Shown here one piece after another: positions 12,265 through 24,951 of a stretch of 64,000 nt of DNA (position 1 is its first letter; each line of letters begins with the position of its first letter). Position numbers and translations under genes: made by a program. Below the pieces are notes generated by a model. It made no database searches, was not told where the DNA came from, and saw only the letters and a list, made by a program, of their open reading frames with translations. Origin of the DNA: a virus (Duplodnaviria; Caudoviricetes); the IMG/VR virus record IMGVR_UViG_2896054739_000007, positions 64,001-128,000 of that record; one strand, 5' to 3'.

Positions 12265-13194
12265 TCATTTTGAGATTTTAACTTTCTTCCCATTCTCTAC
12301 ATATATCTTCTTCACTATTCCGAGTCCATCACACACTAAATCTTCCACATAAAGTACACATGATACTCTGTGGTCACGTTTCGGATACTTTGCTTTTGCT
12401 TCCGCACTGAATAACGCAGGGTCAATCTGCCTTAATTCCTTTGACAAATACCTATGTATTTCTTTCCTATCATTCGGATGGGCAATCCAAACCTCCCTTA
12501 ATGCCCTCATTACAAATGTTGCATATCCGTTTGTCTCTTTATTCCATCCAGCATTATCAATAATAGAAAAAATAAAGTCCAGGCACTTCTCACCATGAAC
12601 TTTTACGATTGAATATGTATCTGTATAACTTCCAAGAACCGATTCTTCTCTATTTCCTTTTGTAGACACAAACTTGATTCCATATTTGTTCAGAAGTTTA
12701 TCTAAGGAAACGGCAGCGTTGTCTCCAATGATTACCCTTGAAAGATGCTTTTCAAGTGGCTTCACATTTTCCACTTCTGAATCCTGTCCTATGAAGTATT
12801 CAGCTTCAAATTTTAATCGCTCATCTAAGTCTTCAGGAGCGTCCATAAGGATAATTGCATTGAGACGATCCATACCCTTCTCAGGAGCCACAAGACACCT
12901 CCCCTGACCATCTACAACCGCAAATCTGTATTCTTCTGGATGTGGTACTAAGATAATAGGTGTCAACTTTCGTTCATCCCATTTATTCTTTAACCGATTC
13001 AGATGCTTATGTGTTCTCATGCCCTGATACCTAACATCTACAAAACAACGAGATAAGGGAACCACGGCACTACCTGTAATCACTCTCTGATTCTTTCCCT
13101 TCCCAACAGTCATAAGCGGCTTAATATTTGCCACTATATCATTATACTGTTCCATTTTCCTTGTTTCCTCATTCATTGCCACTACTGCACTCAT
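12265..13194 (-). CDS. ParB-like (DUF6551-type) protein
   Basis: VDVRYQ..VVDGQGR; start after GGAGG RBS. Confidence 0.65.
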   Translation of the reverse strand: MSAVVAMNEETRKMEQYNDIVANIKPLMTVGKGKNQRVITGSAVVPLSRCFVDVRYQGMRTHKHLNRLKNKWDERKLTPIILVPHPEEYRFAVVDGQGRCLVAPEKGMDRLNAIILMDAPEDLDERLKFEAEYFIGQDSEVENVKPLEKHLSRVIIGDNAAVSLDKLLNKYGIKFVSTKGNREESVLGSYTDTYSIVKVHGEKCLDFIFSIIDNAGWNKETNGYATFVMRALREVWIAHPNDRKEIHRYLSKELRQIDPALFSAEAKAKYPKRDHRVSCVLYVEDLVCDGLGIVKKIYVENGKKVKISK

Positions 13195-14822
13195 ACTGAA
13201 ACCTCCTTGAATATGTATTTTTTGTATAATAAAAAGCATCTGGATTTTTATTTCCAAATGCTTTACTACCTTAATGTATTTAGTTAAATATCACATTGTC
13301 GTGCTGATTATACAACTAATGCCAATGATTTTTGCAAATTCCTTATTTCTTTTTGAAGTCCTTCAGCAATACATTTTTTTATTTCTCCCAAATAATCATC
13401 TATGTTCTGTTCATTAGTCAAGAAGATAAAATATTCATATGAATTTGAACTCCAATGTTGCATTTTCCATTTTTCAAAGCAATCAAATGGGATATGATAT
13501 CCAAAGCCGAACGTTTTAAACCCGTCTTCATAAACTGCGTCTACTTCACATTCGCTTTTTCTTAAATCTTCTTTTCCTGCTTCGACCTCATATACATATT
13601 TATAAATTTTCCCACCATTTTCTCTCCATTTGATAAATTGTTCTTTATCCATTTATCCTCATCCCTTCCTTAAATATCTAATTTCATTGCCTATTTAATA
13701 TAACTCATCAAGTTTTAACATTGTATATGTAAAACTAAACTCATCAGCCTTGAAAGAATCTTTCTTCCTTATGGCTAAATATTTCTTCTTTCCCTCTTCC
13801 ATCTTTGTCTTTGATGAAAAGATGCCACACTCTTCAAATTCTTCGTCATATATGTGTTTTACTTTCAATAAATACAAATCCATACCAAACCCTCCAATCT
13901 ATACATTACAAGGTAAATAATGCCCTTCTATATGATATTCTCCATCTTCCAAAACCAATGAAGTATTTTTCTTTACCCATTCTACTAATTCCTCTGGACT
14001 CAGAAAATACTTTGCTACCGTAAAATCATTACACACCGGAATACCATCGCCAGCAACTTCTTTTCCCTCAACAATATCTTCATTATCATTATTTAGAATA
14101 ATAAAAAATCTCCATTCGCATTTCATGCAATCACCTCACACCACATCCAGCAGCATACTTCAAAATATCATCATTTGTTGGATATGTATCTTCCCATCCC
14201 AAAACAGTATAACTTTCACCGTTCTTAATGTCATTTATAATTCCTAACAATTCTTCTTTATCCAACTTATATAAACATTTCCATGTAATCATATTATATC
14301 TGCCTCCACTTGAAACTTAGATTTTATCCACTATCTCTTTTACTTTGCTTTTTCAAACAAACACATTATTTTTGATTCAAGTTCTATGCCGTCTGGAGCA
14401 TAGGAAGGTTTTTCATATAGTTTATGGATAAAACCTCTTTTCTGAAATTCCATCATAACTTTTACAGAACTTGTACTTGTTGTGTCTGTAAACAATACAT
14501 TCATATTATGTTTAATTGCATATTCTAAACATCCTTCTACATTAAAAATTGTATCTAAAATTAATAGCTCTTGATCATCCTTATCAAATTTAGGTATATA
14601 TTTTCCCATATTATTATCCACACCCTTCCCATAAATCTATTATTTCATTCCCATATTTCTGTGTTATCTGTTAAGTTGGCTTCCCAATTCCAACTATGAC
14701 CAGTTTTTTGCTTTACAGTATTAATAGCTTCATTTTCTGTTTCTGCTTTTACAACATAACAATAACTTGAACAATCCTCTTGATATTTCGGTATATCTTT
14801 AACTACATATAATCTTTTCATT

Positions 14823-15149
14823 TTAATCACTCTCCATGTTAAATGGCATATACAAATCAGCAATCTTTTCTTTGACATGCTGATAATCGTCTTCTGCCAA
14901 TACATCAACCATTCCATTTATTCTTTTTATGTCTAAATTATTCATATGTTCTGCAATTATAGTACCTTTTCTTCCATTTTTCGTGTTTGCTTGAATATGA
15001 AAACGATTTTTATCATCATCATTTTTTCCAAACATAATTGGAGCACAAAAAATTGCGTTGTTTACAACTCCATTCCCTAAAATAATTACATACGTTCCTG
15101 TTTCTAATCCATACGGTAACTTTGCCGCATATATTTCAAATCTCTTCAT
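14823..15149 (-). CDS. Degenerate PemK/MazF-fold protein
   Basis: MKRFEIYAAKL..VIILGN..CAPI..IIAEHMNNLDIKRI..VLAEDDYQHVKEKI follows the MazF pattern but lacks the RP motif. Confidence 0.5.
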   Translation of the reverse strand: MKRFEIYAAKLPYGLETGTYVIILGNGVVNNAIFCAPIMFGKNDDDKNRFHIQANTKNGRKGTIIAEHMNNLDIKRINGMVDVLAEDDYQHVKEKIADLYMPFNMESD

Positions 15150-16072
15150 ATAACTTCCCTCCATTAAACAATCCTTTCAAGACTTAAATCTCTTTGACAC
15201 TAACAATTTTAGAATTCTTCATGCAACGTGTTCCATCTCCAATATTCATCAAATAATACTCTTCATCTTCATTAAACATTTTAATAGCTCCGCTATCTCT
15301 GTTTTCACTATCTGAAATTTTTAGTCCTTTAACAAATTCTTCTGTTGTAATATGCTTCCCATCTGCAGTCTCTACATTTACAACTTCTTTTTCGTCAACT
15401 TCTACCTCAAGCACAATTTGTAATTTCTTCATCTAATTTTCCTCCATTCTTTCCATCAAATAATCCTTTTAAGATACTTTTGTTTTGTAACCGCCTTCTG
15501 GTGTAAAACTATTCCAATCAACTTTAGTTGCCCATTTATCTTGATGATTGCTGCCGTAAATTTTATGCCATTCCTCTAAACTCATTACATGAGCGTTATT
15601 CTCGATCCTAACAGCCACCATCTGTTCTCCATGACATTCAAACTCTTTTATCACTTCATATTTGTCATTCATACTTATGTCCTCCATATTATATCATTTA
15701 TCCACTATAAAAGCCACCAGATTTTATTTTCCAGTGGCTTTCTATTCGCTTCCATATTCACTTTTTAACATCGTAACCGCCACGATTAGCTTTACTCATC
15801 ACTTCATTCTTAGATTTTCCCATTGCTAAATCATGGCTCATTGCACCGTAATCTGTTTTATATCCTTCTGGTGGCATCCGATTGTCAAATTTAACATTCG
15901 TAATGATTCCAGGTAAAAAGCATACACAAAAGATAACAGCCAATCCAATTAAAGTTTCCATATATTTTCCTTTCTGCCTACTATGTAGGACTTTGATCTA
16001 TTTGTTTATATTTTCATTATACTATTCTATGTGTCCAATTAAAAGAACTTTTCATCAAAGGAAAGGTACATT

Positions 16073-16804
16073 TTAAGACCAATTTATCAAAGCATCATAT
16101 ACTTTTTGAGGTATAATTTCTTTGTACTCTTCCGCAACTTGTTTTATAGCTTCCAATTTGGCTTTATAATGTGCCGTTTCAGCATCTTTTATAGAATCAA
16201 ACTTACCAAGATTTTTTCCATTATAGACTGCCGAAAATGTTCCTTTACTTTCTTTCCTAACACCATTAGGTAATCCACTTTTATTAGGTCTTGTCATGAA
16301 TAACATATTTATTCTCTGTGGAACCAGCAAACACGTTTGCGGAGAATATATTTTGTTTTCTGGATATAATATATCCTTATCCAAATGCAGTCTTCCATCT
16401 ACTTCATATTTATTGTTGTTATACCATTCTGCAAATTTCTGAAAACACTTCCATTCATCGCATACTGTAGCAATGCCATAGTAGGATTTATTATCTTCTT
16501 TATATTTTTCAGAATAGCAGCGTTCCAACATACCTCTCCATACTCTATGCTCTTGTGTTCTTTTCTTTGAAGTACCTGTACTATGGTTGCCTTCTCCTAA
16601 ATATCCTACTCCAAATACTGATCTGTCATACGGATTTAATGCTTGGTGGCGTTTGAAATTGGTATATGTTGTATGCAATCTATAATGATGCTCATCTTGA
16701 AATTCAACAGTTACATCATTATAACCATCATACTTAACAATTTTCATTTCAGTTCCAAAACGATTATTTTCAATTTCTCCCACTCTTGAATTTATATTGT
16801 TCAA
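16073..16804 (-). CDS. Putative homing endonuclease (HNH-like with AP2-like C-terminus)
   Basis: VWRGMLERCY, VCDEW..FAEW, LDKDIL, YSPQTCLLVPQRIN, LGKFDSIKDA. Confidence 0.8.
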   Translation of the reverse strand: MNNINSRVGEIENNRFGTEMKIVKYDGYNDVTVEFQDEHHYRLHTTYTNFKRHQALNPYDRSVFGVGYLGEGNHSTGTSKKRTQEHRVWRGMLERCYSEKYKEDNKSYYGIATVCDEWKCFQKFAEWYNNNKYEVDGRLHLDKDILYPENKIYSPQTCLLVPQRINMLFMTRPNKSGLPNGVRKESKGTFSAVYNGKNLGKFDSIKDAETAHYKAKLEAIKQVAEEYKEIIPQKVYDALINWS

Positions 16805-17848
16805 TTTTTCACCACCCTCTACTAACCATAAACTTTTTCTTCAAAAATCTTATTATGATGTTCTAACACCTCTTGTATCTCATAAATTTTGCCAAGTATC
16901 TTATCATATTCTGCACTCAGTAAATCAGCAGCTTGCTTTTTAACTGCTTCTTGATAATTTCTCTGTAAATTTTCAATGAATCTTTCTACATTTATCTCTT
17001 GATCATTGAACAGAATTTTCACATCATATAATCCATTTTCATCTGCTTGGATATCTATTACATCCCTATCTTGTCCTATTGCTTCACACACCATAAACAT
17101 TGCCATTTTATTATTGATAACATCTATTTTTGCCATATCTTCACCTCATTTCTTCCTTGAAATGCGAATTTTAAGAGAATATAAATTTTTCCAACATATT
17201 CTCCATTTCTTCTTCCAATTCATCATCTATACTACAATTATGATCACATTCTGGATTGCAACATACACATCTAATTTCTGGATCATGTACACATTGTCCC
17301 GTAGTATTGATATTTTTCCTATAACTTTTTCCATTCTTTTCTATAATTTTAAATGCCACACTACACCTCCAAATCTCCATCCAAATACAATCTTTCCATT
17401 TCCATATATTCTTCATGTGCTGCTTCTATTGTTTCCTTCTCTATAATATCTAAGATTCTTTCATCATCTATTTTATTCAATTTTTTATTTCCTCCAATCA
17501 CTCATTTTCTTCTTTAATTTTCGACACAAACAATTCTCTGTCATACCTATAATCTTCTCCATCATAAGGAAGATTATAAACTACATATATGATAACAATC
17601 ACAAGCTAAACAATTCCTGTCTTCATGCTTACAAAAATCATGTATATTATCAAAAGCATCTGTTCTACTTGCTGTTATATATGTTCCCTTTAAGTTATAT
17701 ACAACAACTCCCAGCTCCTTTATATCCAAGATATATTTTTGACCTTCCACCAAGCCAAAATAAGCTGCTCCTTTATAGTTTGCCGTTCCAATTTTCTTTT
17801 CCATATTTTCCTCCAATATACCAAGTTGAAATACGAGTTTCATTACCT

Positions 17849-18301
17849 TTATTTATTCTTATCTTTCTTCTTTGAAATACAACTTTTGCATCTAACAGTG
17901 GGCACTGTAAGTCCATTACCTTTAAAAAATGGTATCTCATAACAATCAAGTACAAAATTCTTTCCACAATCTTTACATTTGCAAAAATACGTTTCATCTC
18001 TACAAGGTATAAGATATGTGTACAAAAGACATTTTGAAGAAGAATAAACCCCCATTATTTCATACGGAATTTTTCCTTTATATAAATAGTGAGGGGTTGA
18101 GAAACTTCTTCCTCTGTAAGTATGATTTGCAAAATATTCAAAATCTTCCACCGCATATTTATCAGGTGAATCAAGACAACCTCCATACTCTAAGCTACTA
18201 CCATTATGCCCTAATACTAAAATACCATTTTCCACATAAGCAGGTATTTCATGATAAAACTCACCAACTGAACCTATATATTTACCAATTGCTATAATCA
18301 T
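17849..18301 (-). CDS. Protein with C-terminal zinc ribbon
   Basis: CKDCGKNFVL..EIPFFKGNGL..PTVRCKSC. Confidence 0.7.
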   Translation of the reverse strand: MIIAIGKYIGSVGEFYHEIPAYVENGILVLGHNGSSLEYGGCLDSPDKYAVEDFEYFANHTYRGRSFSTPHYLYKGKIPYEIMGVYSSSKCLLYTYLIPCRDETYFCKCKDCGKNFVLDCYEIPFFKGNGLTVPTVRCKSCISKKKDKNK

Positions 18302-20341
18302 TCTTTTATTCCTCTCTTTCCTTTATTTTTCGATGAAATTCCGACTTCATTGCCTATTATTCTTCGACAACACCAGTATCAATAATTTCTTTTACAATGT
18401 GTTCATATGTGAAATGATACGCTTCGCCTCTTTTAATTCTGATTTTCCTTCCATTTTTCATTTCAATAATAGTTTTTTCCTTTTTGCAATGACCGGCACA
18501 AATTTCAAATTCACCCTCATATCCATATGAATTGATTTCCTGAATATCATCACTTCCACTTGATACGGTGTTCAATCGCCTATATATCCTCTTAAAGTAA
18601 ATCGGACAGCATAAAATATTCCCTGTAAATCCTCCCCAATCCGCATCATTAGACCACTCTTTGATATTTTTAACAATATTCCCATTGCCGATCAGGATTT
18701 CAAAAACCCTTCTAAAAGGATTATTAATATCATGCAAATATTTCCATGCTGACATTTTAGGTTCGTTATAGTAAGCATCAAAACTAACTTCCTGTAAAGG
18801 GCTCCTGAAAAATAGTCCTTTTTCTGTCCCCTCCTCTGTACTGATAACATATCCTTTATAATTCACAACTCTGTTTTCCATAGTTTTTCTCCTTCCTAAC
18901 TTCTTGAAATCCTGATTTTCAGTCTTTAATCAACTAACTCAAAACCAAAATGACAAAATCCAGTTCTATCTGATAAATAATCAGATACCTCTTCTTCATC
19001 TGTCATATCCCCTGGAATTTCCATTTCTGTCGGTAACTGCTTTAACAATTCCATATGCCCATCTGTGTCCCACTTAATATTTATTGCTTTCATTAAATTT
19101 CCTCCGTTTCTAACTTGAATTTGTGTTTTCATTGCACTATTTCTTTACAATGTTCCAAAAGACCTTCAATAGTTCCTCCATATTCACTATTTAACCTATT
19201 TTCAAAAAATATGTAGCTAATAATCTCATAATCTAACATAGGAATATCAATATTATCGGATTCCATTTCATCAATAAAATCCATTATAGTATCATATTCC
19301 CTATTAATTATTTTTCCATTTTCATTCTTGTATTTAATCCATAAATCCTTCATATATAAAACCTCCACTTCTCCACTTAAAATCATTATTTCCTTGCCAT
19401 TTGTTACTTAAAATTGAGGAATATCTTTTTCATCTTCTCTCCATCCTATCGGCGTAAATTCCAATGCAGTTAAAAAGGCTTGATATACAGTGTTTAACCA
19501 TTCAATCCTTGTATTATCATTACCCTTTATCTTGTCAAACACACCCATATCAATAAATCGCTGCCGTTCTTCATTAGTCAACTTTTCCCACGTCCATGAT
19601 TTTTTAATAACATTTTGGAAGTAATTTTCTACCACATTTGATTTTTTCATAATCACACCTCCATATACTTTTCCGCAAAATAAATATCATTTGCAATAGC
19701 AACTGTCTGTCTTGATTTAAGTTTCCGAAAATACTCTGTCTTTCCATCTGCCACAACAACATCGTTTCCACATATTTTAATATCTACATTCGGATTTTTA
19801 ATACCTCTCATAACTTCTCCTTCCATGAATCCATTGTTCTATTGATATTCTGTTTTCCATTCAAGCCGATTTTTTCCCTCAATCCAATCTCTTATATATT
19901 CAAGTGGCATTTTTTCAATTCTCTTGATAAAATCCGCTGCTTTTATCATCAAATACCCTGACATTTCATTCCATTTGATAGCATCATCTGCATATTTCCT
20001 TAACCATGACGAATACGCTTTATGCTCTTTGAAACTGTCAATTTTTTCATTAAACAATTTGTATCTTTGTTTTGCCCATTCGTTTCTAGCCTGTACTTTT
20101 ACTTTCATATCAATTACCATCCTTTCTACTCTTTATTTCTCCATTTATTCTGTGCTTATATACACTATAGGACACATCATTTTTAATATGTTCTATACTG
20201 GATACAAACCGTATCACATCCTGTTGACCGCTTATCCTTCGCAATACTGCACTCGCTTCACCATCAACCCAAAAGAGGTTTATAAGAGTTCTTTTGGTAC
20301 TCTTCCGAAAACTTATTTATAATTCCGTTTTCGTTATATTT

Positions 20342-20370
20342 ACTATATCATAACGTTTTCGGAATGTCAA
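20342..20370 (-). promoter_or_regulatory. sigmaA promoter with repeated operator GTTTTCGGAAT
   Basis: TTGACA-17-TATAGT; operator copies near 20303 (inverted), 20355, 20395, 20705. Confidence 0.7.
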
Positions 20371-20448
20371 TACCTTTTTGGAATTTATTTTCTGTTTTCG
20401 GAATATTCTTTTACAAAGAAAAAGCACCATGCAATTTGCACAATGCTT

Positions 20449-20661
20449 TTACTTAATCTCATTTCCATCAGGAAATATAAATTTTGATTCATACTTGCAT
20501 CCCATAAATGCAGCCATTTCTTGTAATTCCTCTTGCGTAAACTTTCCTGTTTTTACACGCTTTGAAATAGATGCTTGACTCATGCCCATTTTTGCTCCCA
20601 ACTCTGTCAAACTCATTCCGGCAGTATCACAGGCAACTTTTATTTTTTGTTGTAGCGTTAT
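20449..20661 (-). CDS. XRE-family HTH regulator (probable ATA start)
   Basis: GMSLTELGAKMGMSQASISKRVK; AAGGAAGTG RBS precedes ATA at 20661. Confidence 0.8.
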   Translation of the reverse strand: MTLQQKIKVACDTAGMSLTELGAKMGMSQASISKRVKTGKFTQEELQEMAAFMGCKYESKFIFPDGNEIK

Positions 20662-20795
20662 ACTGGTCACTTCCTTTCCATTCCAATTTATGATATTATA
20701 CAACGTTTTGGGAATTATTTCAACCACTATAAAAGGCACTAACGAATATTCCGCTAATGCCTTCTGACTGGTTATAAATTATTATTCAATTCAGA

Positions 20796-21215
20796 TTAAA
20801 AATTCCGTTGTACATTAAGTACATTCATCAATGCTTCTTGTAAAACTCTCGATATATTAATTCCGGCATGTTCCGCCTCATAATTAAGCCAACTAGGGAT
20901 AGTAACATTTTTTCTAACCGCTTTTGTGTCAATTTTCCTTCGATATTCCCCGGAATCAATATCAACCAGCGATATAACCGTTGTTCCATCCTCCACAAAA
21001 GTTCCGCTATTTACATCTAAAGAACTAATTTCAGACGGCAAAGGAATTTCCATTCCATCATCCTCCATTGATACACATTTCAATTCTATGGCATCTCTTG
21101 CCATTTCAACAGCATTTACCATATCTTTCCCTTCTGTCAAGATTTCCAGATCAGGAACTTCTACAAGTATAACCGTATCTGTTTTTGTAAAAAACACAGG
21201 GTATATATTTTTCAT
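20796..21215 (-). CDS. hicB: HicB antitoxin with C-terminal RHH
   Basis: YPVFF..VPDL..TEG..AVEMARDAI..VRKNVTIPSWLN..INISRVLQEAL. Confidence 0.92.
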   Translation of the reverse strand: MKNIYPVFFTKTDTVILVEVPDLEILTEGKDMVNAVEMARDAIELKCVSMEDDGMEIPLPSEISSLDVNSGTFVEDGTTVISLVDIDSGEYRRKIDTKAVRKNVTIPSWLNYEAEHAGINISRVLQEALMNVLNVQRNF

Positions 21216-21271
21216 TTTCTTTTCTCCTTTCTAGGAACTTATATTCTATATTCTTGAAGAGATAGGGGATT

Positions 21272-21442
21272 TTATAATCCCCTTCTCCTTATGATTGCTT
21301 TTGCTAATCGTTCATCAATCTCTTTATGCCTTGGTACTTCTTCTTTCTCTGTTCCTCTCGCATAAACATCATGATTACTTCCATGCCTTTCAAAAACAAA
21401 TCCACCAGCTTCCAATTTCTTTATCAAATCTCTTTGTTTCAA
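21272..21442 (-). CDS. hicA: HicA toxin (56 aa, TTG start, not in ORF track)
   Basis: MKQRDLIKKLEAGGFVFERHGSNHDVY..VPRHKEIDERLAKAI; GGAGG RBS; promoter TTGACA-17-TATAAT at 21494-21466. Confidence 0.92.
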   Translation of the reverse strand: MKQRDLIKKLEAGGFVFERHGSNHDVYARGTEKEEVPRHKEIDERLAKAIIRRRGL

Positions 21443-21797
21443 TAGTGTTTCCTCCTTATATATGGATTATACACACTTTATACGTATATGTCAACAATAA
21501 TTTATACTTATTTCATGCGCATAAAACGATTCTTTCATTGCTTTACATATTCTCAACAAAATTTTCGATTTCTTCCAACGAAAATATGTAATCTGTTATT
21601 GGTTTTCTATCAAATTGATCCATTGGGAAAATAGCGTATTTACTTCCATCAAACTTAAATATCAACCCTTTATACGCTAATTTCTCTTGTAATCGCCTCA
21701 AACGTTCAATCACATCATTCTCGCAATACATATGGAATGTGTTAAAATAGTTGCCTACTGCTTTTCTTTCTTCCTTTGTCATGTATATATTTCCTCC

Positions 21798-22028
21798 CTA
21801 TCCTTTCTCCATCTCAAAATCTTCCAGTTCCTTCTGTGTCAATTCCCTGTTATAATACAACTCTGCCCACACCATACGCCCATTTACTTCCGTTCTGGTA
21901 TCATAGTTGATAAAATCCATCATACCAGCTTTTGGATGTGTCCCGATTGATACAGGACGCATAACAGAATAATATTTGTTCCAATGATATTTTTGTGCTG
22001 ATTGTCTTATATAGTCGTTTGTACTCAT
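21798..22028 (-). CDS. DarA C-terminal-like domain protein (possible anti-restriction)
   Basis: YYSVMRPVSIGTHPK..WAELYYNRELTQKELEDFEM. Confidence 0.65.
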   Translation of the reverse strand: MSTNDYIRQSAQKYHWNKYYSVMRPVSIGTHPKAGMMDFINYDTRTEVNGRMVWAELYYNRELTQKELEDFEMEKG

Positions 22029-22040
22029 GCTCTGCCCTCC

Positions 22041-22742
22041 CTACGCTGCATAAAATGTTCCATCTTCTAAAAATTCCCATCCATTAGCTTCACAAGTTTC
22101 TGTTACTTCTTCTTCATCCGCTTCATAAAAATATTTATAGCCGTATTCTTCATATTGTTTAGAAAGCATTACAAACATATCAGCAACTAATTTTTCCATT
22201 TTTCGGATTGTGTCAACCTGAATATTTTTATACTGCTGATATTCAAGATCATATATCCAACCTTCAGCAAAATCCGTCTTATCAGATACGCAATAATTAT
22301 AATGTCCGTCATTATAAGGCAATGTAACAGTTCTTCCACAAACTTCCATATATGCCTCTATGGTCTTCTGCTCATGTTCCGTCATATAATCCCAAAAATC
22401 CTTGAATGTTTCACCACAATATAACTTGTTCCGGATTACCTTGAATACGTCCATCAAATCAAGTTTTCCGTATATATTTAAGCCGTCCCCCTGACAATAG
22501 CCTAAAGAATATTGCATCTTTAAGTTACTGTTAGAAAAAATATTGTGTAAATCTTCTGTGTAAATTTTCGAAAATTCGTCATTTCTGCATGGATCATCAA
22601 GATACCACTGATTTACTTTCTCTTTTGCTTCCTCCGATAATTCAGGATAAGTATATACATTATAAGTTTCTGTTACTGTACGCATAAAAATTTTCTCCAT
22701 TCTATTTAATTTTCCAATAATAAAAGCAAGCAACATTTCCAC
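22041..22742 (-). CDS. Hypothetical phage protein
   Basis: VYTYPELSEEAKEK..SLGYCQGDG..EANGWEFLEDG; likely starts at MRTV. Confidence 0.7.
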   Translation of the reverse strand: MEMLLAFIIGKLNRMEKIFMRTVTETYNVYTYPELSEEAKEKVNQWYLDDPCRNDEFSKIYTEDLHNIFSNSNLKMQYSLGYCQGDGLNIYGKLDLMDVFKVIRNKLYCGETFKDFWDYMTEHEQKTIEAYMEVCGRTVTLPYNDGHYNYCVSDKTDFAEGWIYDLEYQQYKNIQVDTIRKMEKLVADMFVMLSKQYEEYGYKYFYEADEEEVTETCEANGWEFLEDGTFYAA

Positions 22743-24250
22743 TTGTCACTTGCTCTATACTTCCCTTTCTATGATGCTTATTTGTCTTATTTAAGGACTT
22801 AATGCAACGCACATACATATTTGCATATGCGCTGATTTAAGGCTTTAAATGGGCTTGTATACGGTTTAAACACCAATGATTTTTTGATTAAATCCAAAAA
22901 GATTTATAAGAAAATCCGTATTGAAATTCAGTAAAAGACGGAAGCCACATTTATTAAAATATCTAAGTGTAATTCCAAACGCTTCCCAAGAAGTCCCTCC
23001 AATTTTAAAACGCCATCCATTATCAAACTTTCTAAATCCATGCTTTTTCATGCTCATTCCTCCATTGTTGAAGCAGTAGTTTCATTGATGTGTCAAATTC
23101 CATTTAAGACACCATGCCTTATATTCTTCATCTGTAATTATTCCATTTTGATAATCATGCTTTATCTCTATTGCATCTAAACACTCTTGAGATAATGTAT
23201 AACTTTTTACTCTTCCTGCAATTTTCCTATTCGCTGCCAAATAACATTGCATGGATAATTCTGCTATAATTTTATCTATTGCATTTACATTCTTTTTCAT
23301 TTTTACGATCTCCATATTTATATTTTATCACTTTCCGATAACCAATGAAATACACGATTTATTCTTTCCAAAATTTCATAATCGTTTCATTATCTTCTAA
23401 TACTAAACCGCACTTATAGCCGTGTCTATCTGCAATCTCAATCAATTCTCTGTTTGTCTTGCTATTTTCATATGGAATCATATAGAAAGAATTTGCTGTT
23501 ACTTTATGTAGTTCCACGCAATTTAACGGATAACATTCCGTTTGCCTAGTTTCGTCATTATAGCAACAGGCGCAATTATTAATCACCATGCAAATATCAA
23601 AAATAATGTCCTTGTGTGCCTTTTTACGTTTCTGTTCTGCATATGCTTTAAAATCCATGTTATCCCCCCAGTTTTTAAAATGTCATAACTTTTTCTTGTG
23701 TCATCATCAAAAATATTCCAAGTGGCAACGCAACAAGTGAAAATGTTGCATCTCCATCCAGCACAAACGGCGTTACAATTCCAATAGTTGCCATTATTGC
23801 ACCTGATAACTGTTGTTTCATATAATAAAAGCGTTCTGTCCTCTGTTTGATTCTCCACTTTTCTTCCCGGCGGTTATATTCTTTGAGCCATTCTTCATAT
23901 GTGTAAACTGTTTCTATTGCTTCAGATCCGATATTGTATATTATCATTATTCTTTTTCCTCTTTGTTTGCTGCCTACTTTGTTTTATATTTTCATTACTT
24001 TAATTACATACTATTCATTAATATTAAAGTAATCATCTATCAAATATTGAAGTTTGTCACATGTATTTAAAATTTCTCTTGTTTGATCGTTTTCAAAAAC
24101 TTCTTCTGAAGCTTTATTACATAAATCTGAAATCTGTTTTAATATATTTTTCATTGTTTCAGTCATTGTCTTTCCCCCTAATCTAAATTTTCTAATAGTT
24201 CCATTGCTATTTTAATTTCCATTTTAGTTATCTCCTTTCAAATTACAATT

Positions 24251-24475
24251 TTATTGTGCCGTTCTTTTATTCCACATTTCAATTACTGTATGTTTGTTTT
24301 GTGCATATCCAGGATCAATCATTGCCATACATCCAGTACAAAAAATTCTAAATCTTTCACCTGCTCTATGTTCGTATTTATCAATAACAATCTCTTTACT
24401 TCCACAAAATGGGCAAGGTTTAGTTTTTTCAGGATTACATTTTTCAATATCTCCACATGTAAAATCATTTTTCAT
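24251..24475 (-). CDS. Lar-family restriction alleviation protein
   Basis: KPCPFCGS..IFCTGC..WNKR. Confidence 0.8.
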   Translation of the reverse strand: MKNDFTCGDIEKCNPEKTKPCPFCGSKEIVIDKYEHRAGERFRIFCTGCMAMIDPGYAQNKHTVIEMWNKRTAQ

Positions 24476-24951
24476 AGCCTTATAACCTCCACTTAAAAGA
24501 ATTTACAACCGCTTTTTAACTCACGATACAACAAATATGTTATCTTTTCTTCTGCCTGTTCTTCTGTGAAACGCTTCTTCTCTTCCTCTGTTTCCTCTAA
24601 CCAGTCTGCAAGTAAATCGATAGCCGACACATTGTAATAGTAAGAAGAATTTACCATACTACAAAGCCCCTGCATCCAGTCTTTGAAATACTCATATTTA
24701 GAAAGTTTCTGGTTATTGTATTTAATTTTTTCTGTATATAAGCATTCATAAATTGCATGAGCCACACAAGAAAAGTTTTCCTTGTCTACGTTGTAATACT
24801 GCTCATAGCCGTATGCTTCCGGCTGGAATCCATCCATAATATACTGCCTTACTTTTGCCTTTACTTCTTTACTATTTGTTCTTAACATAATTTTCACCAT
24901 TTAACCTTTCTTTGATTGTCTATGTATAACAACTATTTCTCTATTGATTTC

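Noticed and set aside
685-24496. Plus-strand ORFs in the left arm (and minus-strand ORFs such as 58199..58909 in the right arm)
   Set aside because: Antisense shadows of real genes: no RBS and low-complexity F/I/L/S-rich translations
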